Below are positions 52,401-64,000 of a stretch of DNA of 64,000 bases, one piece after another. Source of the stretch: Octopus bimaculoides (lineage: Eukaryota); contig NC_068983.1 of assembly GCF_001194135.2 (NCBI RefSeq), forward strand, positions 27,074,474-27,138,473, written 5' to 3'. Each line of letters begins with the position of its first letter. The stretch's first letter is position 1. The notes under the pieces were generated by a model. That model searched no databases and was not told where the DNA came from. It saw nothing but the letters and a program-made list of their open reading frames with translations. The translations under genes were made by a program, and so were the position numbers.

Positions 52401-55400
52401 AATTAATCTGGCGTGTGTGGAAGTAAAGCCTTACGGCAGGGACATAGGATTTAACAGGCACGGGGAGGAATATACATGTTGCACGGACAATAGTCGAACC
52501 AAGAAAGAAAGGTTTAGACTTGGCTGAACACCATTCACGTGTGGAGAGAAGAAAGAGTGGTAGAGGCAAAGGGATAGAAGAATTAAGGAAGAGCGAGCAA
52601 AAATTAAAGAGACACAGTGAAGTGAAGTGAAAGAGGGAAAGTGAGCATGAAGAGAAGGCCAAGAATGTTGAGAGAGGTAGAACGAAAGAACGAAGATTAG
52701 AATGAACGAAGTGTGAAAGGGCTGATAGAAAGAAGGAAAGAATGAAAGAGTATGTGTGTATACATATATATGGTACATACATACATGCATGCATACATAC
52801 ATATATACATACATACATACATACATACATACATACATACATACACACACACATATACATATTGACTACTGTTTTGAAAATATCTATTAAGGCAGAAACA
52901 CGTGTCAGCAACTGTAATCCAGTCACCATTAAATCTGGTAATCTTCCAAAATTCATAATTTTTGAAATTAACTCCAACCCTCACTACAAGTTAGTCGCTA
53001 TTGCGACTAGGGTTTCTCCTACTTTAGCACAAAGTGAGATTAATTTCAACACCACCACTTATCGTGGATGATATTTATTTTAGTTCTGTTTGCCTTTAAT
53101 GTTTATATTAATTATAACAGCAAACCATGTGTTATTTCTGTTTTCGCAACGTTCTGTTCTTATATGATATATATATTATGTAATGTTATGTATTACATGT
53201 ACGTGTGTGGTGTATTATATAAGCTGATAAGTATACGTATATATTTATGTGTGCGTGTATGAAAGAGGGAGCGAGAGGAAGGAGGTTGCGGGATAATGTA
53301 CATCTAGAAGTCGAAATATGAGGTATCAAACTGTGATACAATAATATATTAACAAAATTAAGAATAGTAACAATCAATTAATTAACACATTCTTAAAACT
53401 AATTCCGTTAGTGACTTTGCCCCAAACTGTTTTAGTAAAATATTTTATAAATAGTATATGAATAGTCAGTTTTCTGTATGCTTCAAAACAATATTAGAGT
53501 ACGCGAGAATTCTGAATAACATCCATATTGTAAAATCTGTGTAGCACACAGACAACAGAAAAACCCGTTGATATTCAACTATTAACATTTTACCGCAAAT
53601 GGTAAACATAAAGGTCAGAACACATTTCTCCAAGGTGAAGATTGTTCCCTATTTCCTTAAGTGCGTATTTGTCACGATAAATAATTCAATCGAGAGATTC
53701 TCTTTGAATAATGTATTTGATATTTCTTACTGCTGATATCTTCAAAATATATACTATATATATTCTCTTGTAAAGACGAGATAATACAATTTACTTCTTA
53801 TATTAAACACTTGAACTTTATTTAACATTGCAGAAATCTAGTGACGATGTTCATAACGTGGTCGGTCTGCTGCTCTCAACTGACTGGCTACACAGTTTTG
53901 TAACTTCCCGTGTTCAATCTCTGGTGTTAGATATATTACAAAGAAGCGTGTGTCTCATTTGAGCAAATATATTATCTCAGATATTAGGAAGTGTAAACAG
54001 GAGTGAAGCTACAAAAAATGTGAATAAGTCAGAATTCTCCAAAACTGTGTAAACACACTGATGGCAACTTCATTTCAAACAATTGCATATCAATTGCGTA
54101 AGTGTTGATCATGATATTGCACATAATTCCGATACTTGATTCTCACAAACTCAGCTTTAAGTAATTAGCAGAACATATCTAATAGAATATTTAAATGCAT
54201 TGTTCCGGCAACATGAACTGGGTTTTTTATTTTATTTTATTTTATTTGTAATCACTTCACGTTGAGCGGGGTCAGAGTTACATAACAGGAAACTACTGTA
54301 GGCTAATGTGGCGCAGTGTGGTATTCTTTCACGATTATTGCCCTCTAGGACAAACACACAACCAACACCACAATTTCGCTCTCTTTTCTCCTAGGTATGA
54401 TAGATAAGGTGTGAGTCCGGTTCTGGGATTAATCATTCTCTCTCTCACTCACCTTTTTTGCTTCTTCCTTTTGTTCATCTCCTTTTCTTTCATTCTGGAC
54501 GGCATTGTCTGTGTTCATATCTATAGAGGGAAGGACACCAATTTTAAAATTAGCTAGGACATACTCCTCCATATATTTAGGAGTTAAAGCAAAACAAGCA
54601 ACAGTTTATAAAGCATAGATGTTAGAGTATTGTGATATTGTGTTCTGTTGTTATTGGTTTAACAAGACAAAATACAACATGGCATAGACTGTACAACCCA
54701 TGAAATAGATTGTACAACATTCTTCAGCCATGCTTCAAAAAATCACACGGTTCAATTTCAAGAACGAAATGAACCAATAGATTGAGCTGTCTCCATATAC
54801 TATGCCTGAATATATAAAAGGGGTGATCACAGTTGAAGACATTTCCATTCATTATAGGCCTGTTAGACAGGCCTATACTAAAATTATGTTTCAAAGAAAC
54901 CAATGTTAGAGAATAATGTTGCGTATTTTTTTTATTTGTTATAAAATGTATTCATGGCATAACTGAAACGAAATGTCCATACATTTGAATAAAAAAGATG
55001 TAATTATTATAAGTGCATGCAAACGAGTCGCAGTTTAATTAACGCCGACCAGCTTTATTGAGAGTTTATCGGATAAAAATAGCAAATAGAATATGTATAA
55101 TTATTGAAAACATGCCAGAAGACTAATGGACAAACACTGACTTACGAGTAATAAGGACAACCAATTAGTAGTTAAAATCCTGCAAACAATCATCATCTTT
55201 ATTCTGGCTCACGCAAACACGTACATGATTATATACAAATATACATAGAGAGGCACACACGTTCATATCTGCATTTCTATTTATCAATCTATCTATCTTG
55301 CTGTCTACACCACCTGTCTTCGTCTTTTGTTTTTTTTCTGTGAATACTCCCTATATATATATATATATATATNNNNNNNNNNNNNNNNNNNNNNNNNNNN

Positions 55401-56098
55401 NNNNNNNNNNNNNNNNNNNNNNNNNNNNNNNNNNNNNNNNNNNNNNNNNNNNNNNNNNNNNNNNNNNNNNNNNNNNNNNNNNNNNNNNNNNNNNNNNNNN
55501 NNNNNNNNNNNNNNNNNNNNNNNNNNNNNNNNNNNNNNNNNNNNNNNNNNNNNNNNNNNNNNNNNNNNNNNNNNNNNNNNNNNNNNNNNNNNNNNNNNNN
55601 NNNNNNNNNNNNNNNNNNNNNNNNNNNNNNNNNNNNNNNNNNNNNNNNNNNNNNNNNNNNNNNNNNNNNNNNNNNNNNNNNNNNNNNNNNNNNNNNNNNN
55701 NNNNNNNNNNNNNNNNNNNNNNNNNNNNNNNNNNNNNNNNNNNNNNNNNNNNNNNNNNNNNNNNNNNNNNNNNNNNNNNNNNNNNNNNNNNNNNNNNNNN
55801 NNNNNNNNNNNNNNNNNNNNNNNNNNNNNNNNNNNNNNNNNNNNNNNNNNNNNNNNNNNNNNNNNNNNNNNNNNNNNNNNNNNNNNNNNNNNNNNNNNNN
55901 NNNNNNNNNNNNNNNNNNNNNNNNNNNNNNNNNNNNNNNNNNNNNNNNNNNNNNNNNNNNNNNNNNNNNNNNNNNNNNNNNNNNNNNNNNNNNNNNNNNN
56001 NNNNNNNNNNNNNNNNNNNNNNNNNNNNNNNNNNNNNNNNNNNNNNNNNNNNNNNNNNNNNNATGTATATATATACATATCCGTATATATATACATAC

Positions 56099-56152
<54 letters not shown>

Positions 56153-57457
56153 GTGTGCGTGTGTGTGTGTGTGTTTGAGTGTAAGTATGTGCGTGTATGC
56201 ATGTTTGTAGGTGTGTATGTATGTAAGTATTAGATAATATTTCCCTGATTTGAATATTGGTTTCGCAGATCAATATTCATTAAAAGGTCCTGCAATTTTA
56301 ATAAAACTTTATCCAAGCTATTTGCCTCCTCTCCTAAACTGACAAACATTTCGATGAAACAACAGCATCGAAGAAAATTAAAATTAACGTTTAAACAATT
56401 ATACAAACAATTATATTCATCGTTTGTAGGCAAAGGATATCTATGGAGATATTTCACTCTATTAGAGCTCCTCAGAAAGATATATTTTAAACAAACCTGC
56501 TTATTATTTGATAGGATTTTCCTAGTGGAATGAAGGTGAATGAATAATTATCGTCCACTATAATAGGACAGCATCATCAGTTTAACTTCATTGTTTCTAT
56601 ATGAGGCAAGATATATTTTGCTACGGCAGAATTTGTATGGTCGGATGCCTATAATACTCACCGTTTCTTAATGAAAGTAATATTTCATATAACCTTCGAA
56701 AACGATTAGGTCAGTATCCGGACATGATTTTACGAATGATTTTAAGCATTTGACACCGGTTTTGATGATGATGATATTGAGGATGACAAAGAGGAGGAGC
56801 AGGAGTAGAGGAGAAGAAGCAAGAAGAGTAAGGTATCATGAGTATGAGACGAATAATAAATAGAAAGTAAAGGTCGAAGAGAAAGGCAAAGTTAGCAACG
56901 ATATTAATGACCAACTCGACGACTGCGATGATTACGATGGTGATATTTATGATATCATTAAAGATGATTAGCAATAAAACATATCACTGTCGTATCACAA
57001 GAATTAGTTTTCACTTGGAAACAAACAAGAAGGGGTATCACTATTGTAAATAAAACTAAATTTATAGTTATGATTTACGTCGTGCAATTAGGGCTAATTG
57101 AATAAAAGTCTTGAATTAAAATTACGATAGCAAATACATAATAATATAACCTCGCCGCCACAAAAGTAGAGAATAATTTTTCCTTTGGAAATTGTCTAAA
57201 TACATTAATATAAGTGCATTAAAGGAAGCTTTGAACGGGAAATGTTCTTTGTATATATTTCATATACTTATTATTCGTTGGAAAAAATCAAAAACAGAAA
57301 CTACACCAAATTACACCGATAACTTTCTTTATTGTAATATATATGAGAACCACTTTATTTCAAGATTGCATTCAAATAAATTCGATGGCCGCACTGAGTA
57401 TTGTTATACAAGGCTTGATTTTAAAGTTTCATACGTATATAGTAGATAGATAACGGG

Positions 57458-57506
<49 letters not shown>

Positions 57507-58317
57507 NNNNNNNNNNNNNNNNNNNNNNNNNNNNNNNNNNNNNNNNNNNNNNNNNNNNNNNNNNNNNNNNNNNNNNNNNNNNNNNNNNNNNNNNNNNNNN
57601 NNNNNNNNNNNNNNNNNNNNNNNNNNNNNNNNNNNNNNNNNNNNNNNNNNNNNNNNNNNNNNNNNNNNNNNNNNNNNNNNNNNNNNNNNNNNNNNNNNNN
57701 NNNNNNNNNNNNNNNNNNNNNNNNNNNNNNNNNNNNNNNNNNNNNNNNNNNNNNNNNNNNNNNNNNNNNNNNNNNNNNNNNNNNNNNNNNNNNNNNNNNN
57801 NNNNNNNNNNNNNNNNNNNNNNNNNNNNNNNNNNNNNNNNNNNNNNNNNNNNNNNNNNNNNNNNNNNNNNNNNNNNNNNNNNNNNNNNNNNNNNNNNNNN
57901 NNNNNNNNNNNNNNTATATATATGTATATATATATGTATGTATGTATATATATGTATATATGTGTTTGTATGTATATATGTATGTAATTGTACTTTTAGT
58001 TAACTGTTGAAATTAATTATCTCATTCGGAAGTTTTATTTCTAGAAAAAATTTGTTTTCGATATTCGATTCTGTTCATTATTGAAACTTTTCTTTTAAAT
58101 ATTTCGTAACGTACAACATATTAATGTTTTATTTTTCTTATAATTCAATAGATTGATATATCAGTTGTACTGCTTTCAGTTACTAAATCAACATTTATTA
58201 TGAGTTCTTAGGTATAAAAAATAATATGTCATTCGTTCTTAATTTCCAGTAATAAATATGTGTGCGTATTTATATATGTAGAAATGTATATGTGTGTCTG
58301 TATGTGTGCGTGTATGC

Positions 58318-58362
<45 letters not shown>

Positions 58363-58740
58363 TTTGCGTGTGCGTGTGTGTGTGTGTTTGCGAGTGTATG
58401 TGTGTGTGTGCGTGTTCATATGTATGTACGTAATAACTTCTACAATGATTTACGAGAAAATATTTGACTACGACTTCTGTGTTTCGTGCTACTCTTCTTC
58501 ATCGTTCTATGCTTTATTTGGATTCTTTTTGGCTCATACATTGTATGGCAAGCTGCAATTCTGAGTAGGTTGAGCTATGTGAATTCTAATTAGGTGACGT
58601 AGACATTGGAAGATGTGTTGAAAGGAGGAATGAAGGTTGATGGATTCCTACAACACATGTTTTTTAAAATCAGATATACTTGCATCGTAATAGATATGCC
58701 ATGTTTTAATACAGTTAAATATGTCAATAACCACGCCAAA

Positions 58741-59123
58741 TGTTGTTGTTGGCACTCCGTCGATTACGACGTCGAGGGTTCAAGTTGATCCGATCAACGG
58801 AACAGCTTGCTCGTGAAATTAACGTGCAAGTGGCTGAGTACTCCACAGTCACGTGTACCCGTGACGTAGTTCTCGGGGATATTCATCGTGACACAGTGTG
58901 ACAAGTCTGGCCCTTTGAATTACAGGTACAACAGAAACAGGAAGAAAGAGTGAGAGAAAGTTGTGGTGAAAGAGTACAGCAGGGTTCGCTACCACCCTCT
59001 GCCAGAGCCGCGTGTAGCTTTAGGCGTTTTCGCTCAATAAACACGACAACGCCCGGTCTGGGAATCGAAACCGCGATCTTATGACCGCGAGTCGGCTGCC
59101 CCAACCACTGGGCCATTGTGCCT
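58741..59123 (-). mobile_element. Full-length tRNA-derived SINE of a third family with a (CAA)n tail
   Basis: Reverse complement: aggcacaatggcccagtggtt (A box), gtttcgattccc (B box) and a 3' end ..gacggagtgccaacaacaaca. Confidence 0.85.
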
Positions 59124-59567
59124 ACACTCACGCCAAATATATGCACAAACGATTCTGCATATTTTGGTGTAAAGAAATGCATATATACTCGGAGACCGAA
59201 GGCTATTTATCCATAAAGGTATGTGTAATGCACAGCCTGGTCAAAGTGATTAGTCCATAATATTCGAGTTAGCGCCAAGCTTTTCTGGTTATTTGTAAAT
59301 TAACACGTACTCAACTAATATCATTTTAGTAATACTTCAGCTTCATGTTAAAGCACTTTTCATTATAACTTGACTTAAAAACGAGCAGTATTATATGTGT
59401 TTCTCTCGTTTGTCTCTCATTCTCTCCCTATCACTTTCTTTCTACTTTCTCTCTCTTTCTTTCTCGTTAAAGTTTGTTTCAATCCGACACACTGATTAAG
59501 CCGAAGTATATCCTTTGGTCTATGCAACCGACAGTACAAATACTCTCACGTCACTTACGAAACGTAC

Positions 59568-59616
59568 CTATCCATTGCAGTGTTAACCTCTGGATTTTGA
59601 TGCAACTTGTACTCTG
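59568..59616 (-). other. Candidate 49-nt exon (EYKLHQNPEVNTAMD)
   Basis: Minus strand ttggtgtctcctcag|CAGAG...GATAG|gtacgt, with an alternative donor TTC|gtaagt 9 nt downstream; open frame; no homology recognised. Confidence 0.25.
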
Positions 59617-61199
59617 CTGAGGAGACACCAACACAGTGAAAATAAATGTCTCTAAGGACACATCGAGAAGTAAATAGATTTCCAACAGTGTCAAAGGGAT
59701 GTATTCAAATTTCTTTTTTCAACTTTGCTACTCACTGTCTTTACCACGAATATTTTTGACATTTCCACTGTTAAGTGCAAGCTTCTTAATCTGAATATTT
59801 TAAATGTAAATTCTAGAAATTTTCAAACTTTTTCAGTGAAGTTATGTATTAACTTCATAGAAGTATAAAATCCTAATGTCTTCCAAAATAGTATTCTCAA
59901 TGTTATAGCGCTCCAACCAGTTCATATCAGTACTTCATATTAGTACACTGAAAATCTTGCAAAGCAAAGTGCCGAGGACCCTTGTCACGGCCTCCTTCAT
60001 CATCAAAACACCTGGTCCAGAACGTCTCCTTCAACATAAGGAACAATCAAATGTCACAGTGAACTAGATCCTGTTTGTAGGTAGGGTGGGGGGCAGTTTT
60101 GATGCCAATCTCTATAAAATAGTTGGTTATCAGCGGTTGTAACTGAGCAATATGGGAATCAACACAGTACATATTCAGAATTTTGGAGGTAATCAGATAT
60201 ATAGTAAAAGTTACTTGTGCATGTGCTCCGTCGTGGGAGCGAATATGATTTTCCTTTTAAATTTTGAACCATACGTCTATGTGGATGCATGTTTATGTGT
60301 ACATATACATTTACACACGAAGCCAAGAAATTATAAAATGTAATGTTTCGATATATATTTTATCGTGAGGCAGGAAGCGCTACTACTAACTTTCGACATG
60401 GCCTGAATATTGTTAATATGTATGTAAAAGATATACAGATAAACTGACGGAAATTCTGTGAAAAATTATACTTTTATTATAGTTGCAGACATGCGAATCT
60501 CGCATTGCAACAACGAAACATCGTGTTCAGTTGCACTGCGCGGCACTCTGCACAAGTGTAGTCTACTACAAATCCGAGTTGCTCCGAATCCTGCAAACGA
60601 ATTCGGTAGAGGAAAATTGTTTGGAAACCCATCGTAACAAAGCGCGTTTTGGCGTAATATATTATTACATAATACAGTATGCATATTAAATTTTCAGAGA
60701 ATTATAAAATTTCTCTAAAATATACTGTAAAATGTTGATAACGTCTACGAAATAGAGGATAATTACGTAGATTAACAGAATAATCTATAATTAGGTAGAT
60801 TAAGAGAATAAAAATTTCATTCCATCGTTTAATATACAGAAAAGCTATAGCGTTTTGCATGAACTATGAAAATGTATATACTTTTCAACTATATAATTAA
60901 ACTATATAATCTTTTGAAGTGTGTATCTATAGATTCATGAATTAAAAGAATGATCTCAGAATTTACTAGCTGAACATGTTATTTTACAAAACTGTGTTTC
61001 AAAGATGCCTTGTAAAGATGTATTGGAAAAGTACATAAAAGATAAGAATTGTTGCAATCAAAATTATCCTTATCATAGATGTCGCCCAGTACTTCACCAT
61101 CATTATTATAATTGAGAGAGCAGTGCATGCCATCAAAGTGATACTGGGGTAAAATATACAAAGCCATCATGACTACCCGTCTAATAAGGGTACAACGGG

Positions 61200-61611
61200 C
61201 ACATGCATCACAACGATATGTGCGCGACATGGTGATCGCATGACCTTGCAGGTGGAGGTCCAGTTAGAATTTTCTTCAGGATGAGTAGCCCTTCCCCTTC
61301 AAAATGTCTCTGAATAAGGGTTGTTTAAGGATGTTGAACGAAACGCCAAAGGTTAATTGTCAAAATTCCAAAGAAAGAATTCCTCTCAGTACATGGCTAT
61401 GACGTTCCTCCACTACATCTGATCATGATCAAAGACGCATATATCGTTGGCCACTAAGAGACATTTCTGATCTGGTTAAGATCAAACATGTGACCAGCAA
61501 ATTTGTGGTACTGAGCAGAATATTTGCTGTAGCCCAATGTTTAACCCCCTCCCCCCCAAAAAAAAACTGTACATGATAACACTTCCAATCAGTTAAGATC
61601 AGAAACCATGA
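61200..61611 (+). repeat. Interspersed repeat fragment (probable LINE 3' region)
   Basis: Resembles a recalled abundant octopus repeat (ctgaataagggttgtttaaggatgttgaacgaaac..gagcagaatatttgctgtagccca); family not determined. Confidence 0.4.
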
Positions 61612-62235
61612 GAGCTGGCAGAATCGTTTGCACGCCGGACGAAATCCTTAGCGGTATTTCATCTGCCACTGCGTTCTGAGTTCAAATTCCGCCGAGGTCG
61701 ATTTTGCCTTTCATCCTTTCGGGGTCGATAAATTAAGTACCAGTTACGCACTGGGGTCGATGTAATCGACTTAATCCGTTTGTCTATCCTTGTTTGTCCC
61801 GTCTGTGTGTAGCCCCTTGTGGGCAGTAAAGAAATAGGTATTTCATCCGTCTTCACGTTCTGATTTCAAATTCTGCCGAAGTTGACTGCGCCTTTCATTT
61901 TTTGGTGTCGATAAATTATTAAAATGTCATCGACTCATTCCTTCCCCAAAAATGGCTGCCCTAGTGGCAAAATTTGAAACCATTATTATTATTAGTAGTA
62001 GTAGTATTATTATTATTAAGACGACGAGCTGGCGCAATCGTCAGCACACTGGACGAACTGCTTAGCGGTATTTCGCCCGTCACTACGTTCTGAGTTTAAA
62101 TTCTGCCGAGGTCGACTTTGCTTTTCATCCTTTCGGGGTCGATAAATTGAGTACCAGTGAAACACTGGTGTCGATTAAATCGATTTATCCCCTCCCCCAA
62201 AATTTTGCCCCTGTAGCAAAATTTGAAACAGTTAT
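61612..62235 (+). mobile_element. Three head-to-tail tRNA-derived SINE copies (61612-61838, 61839-62016, 62017-62235)
   Basis: Each has gttctga(g/t)tt(c/t)aaatt(c)(c/t)gccga and cttt(t)cat..gtcgataaatt. Copies 2 and 3 end in aaatttgaaac plus (ATT)n. Confidence 0.9.
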
Positions 62236-62242
62236 TATTATA

Positions 62243-62290
<48 letters not shown>

Positions 62291-62430
62291 TGTAGTAGTA
62301 GTAGTAGTAGTAGTAGTAATAGTACGATTCTTATCGTAATAATCATGATTATCCTCGTCTTCGCCGTCATCACCATTATGATCATCATAATTTTTATTAT
62401 TATTATTATTATTATTGTTGTTGTTGTTAC
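62225..62430 (+). repeat. (TTA)n(GTA)n(ATC)n(TTG)n compound trinucleotide region
   Basis: Read directly from the sequence. Confidence 0.93.
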
Positions 62431-64000
62431 TGAAAAGAAACTAATTTCTTTTAATTAAATGAAATCTAATTTTGCGCAGTGCTACAGAAAATATATACGT
62501 ATTCTTTATATACGCAACCTCTATAACGTATTTTTCTGGTATGTCACCGACACTTTTCTTTTAATTTTATAGATATTACTAAAGGTAAATATTACATACC
62601 ATGAACTTAGCTCGTTATTTCATATTTCAATATATTAATAACTTAATGTTTTAGTTACATTTCACTTTCAGGAAATTTCTTTGGAAATATACGTACTGTA
62701 TCTGTTTTGTGTATTATAACTCTAAAAATATATAAACATCCAACGCCTCCTATAGCTCCAAATTGATATTTCCCCTTCTTTCTTAGCTCTTAAGAACCTC
62801 GAGAGGTGAAGGTTAAAACCCAGAGTGTTACAACCTCCTGAATCGGCTTTCCTATATCTGGCAACGTCCGAGTATACGTTATAACGTACTCGTAGCGAAA
62901 AAAGAAAACAACAGCTCAGAAGAATGCATTTAGTTATATTACATTCTTTATCAAAATCATTTTGAACCAAACTTTACTTGTTTATGTTGTTTCAATTTCT
63001 GTTTGTTTCCTTCATATTTTATGCAAATCACGTTTCGAGAATATTATCATTGAGTTTCTGATATCGCTATATTTGCTGACCTTGCACTTTGTTGCTATTG
63101 ATTTGTTGGTATTTCTAAAATGACAATTCCATTCTCCATTGTGTCAGAGAAATCCTCATTTATATGCTGGTATTCCATGACCTAATGGCGCCACCTTTTC
63201 GTTAACTCATCTTCCGATATATTCACGGTGAAGTTAGAAATTATTGCAATACTTTCTCCTTTAGAGACCAGTACCTATTGACCGAAGAAAATGTGAGAAT
63301 ACAGCACTCAAGCAAAAGCGATTTATATATTTTCTTCCCTGCTTATTTAGTTATATCATGATGACTTTCAAAAATAATGTAATGAAATATTACTACTCTG
63401 AGCATTGCGTCTTATCTTCTTTCTTCACAAAATATGTATACTCATGGTACTCGAACAATAAGTGAACGTTAATATTATTGGAATTCCATTGTGGTTTATT
63501 CGATTCTTACTTTTTACTATTTCAGATATCTCACTCATATATAGAGGCACAGGTTTAATGTATAAATAGATCCAAATATATTTTTTAATCTCAACAAATT
63601 TCTTTGGAAATATAGGTTTAAATTATAGCTATTGTGTTTATTTTAAATACATCACAAAATTTCTAAGAGAGAGATAGAAGTAGATAAATTGGTAGATCGT
63701 TCGATCGATCGATAGATATGTTTCTTTATTAGCCACACAGGGCTCAACATAGAGGGGACAAAATACAAATGTAGAGTTTTTTCTTTTCGAGGGGGGCGAA
63801 AACAAAGCAGAAAAAAAAACAAAAGTGGGGACAACGATGAAAAAAAATACATCGCAAAACGTTTGGGGTATTTACACAAAATACGAAATAATACAAAAAA
63901 ATTCCCAATAAATGGGGAGGTTATCCGTTGAAAGAAAAACCTACGAAAAGACCACGGTAACCTCGGTCCTTAGTGTCACAGTTTGTTAAATAAAATTCCT

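Noticed and set aside
53833-53990. Acceptor-led open frame KSSDDVHNVVGLLLSTDW...
   Set aside because: The sequence resembles a decayed tRNA-SINE (B-box-like gtgttcaatctc, CORE-like gtctcatttgagcaa).
58990-59123. tRNA gene (also the heads at 40290-40337 and 42780-42860)
   Set aside because: A and B boxes are present but there is no complete cloverleaf or acceptor stem, and each continues into a SINE body.

Overview
This is an AT-rich, microsatellite-dense animal genomic window with about 3.9 kb of N gaps. The SINE families and the (TA)n/(CA)n/(TAGA)n/(TAA)n landscape look like a cephalopod, most likely Octopus; that is inferred from recalled repeat families, not from a database search. I recognise no intact host gene. 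Most long ORFs in the supplied track are artefacts of N runs or simple repeats. The interpretable content is a layered transposon landscape: four fragments of R4/Dong-type (RT plus restriction-like endonuclease) non-LTR retrotransposons next to trinucleotide arrays; two very decayed Penelope-like copies; a CR1/L2-like RT fossil; an RTE endonuclease fragment; mariner, maT/Tc1 and hAT remnants; three MITEs; a 171-bp solo LTR inserted in a SINE; and about 12 tRNA-derived SINE copies. The best second-look items are a near-canonical minimal type I hammerhead ribozyme (20402-20464), a frame-preserving splice-flanked RTE endonuclease cassette (33398-33571), a mariner made of two convergent left ends, a GG-ended MITE with an 8-bp TSD carrying TTAGGG repeats, and a few short splice-flanked candidate exons of an unidentified host gene.
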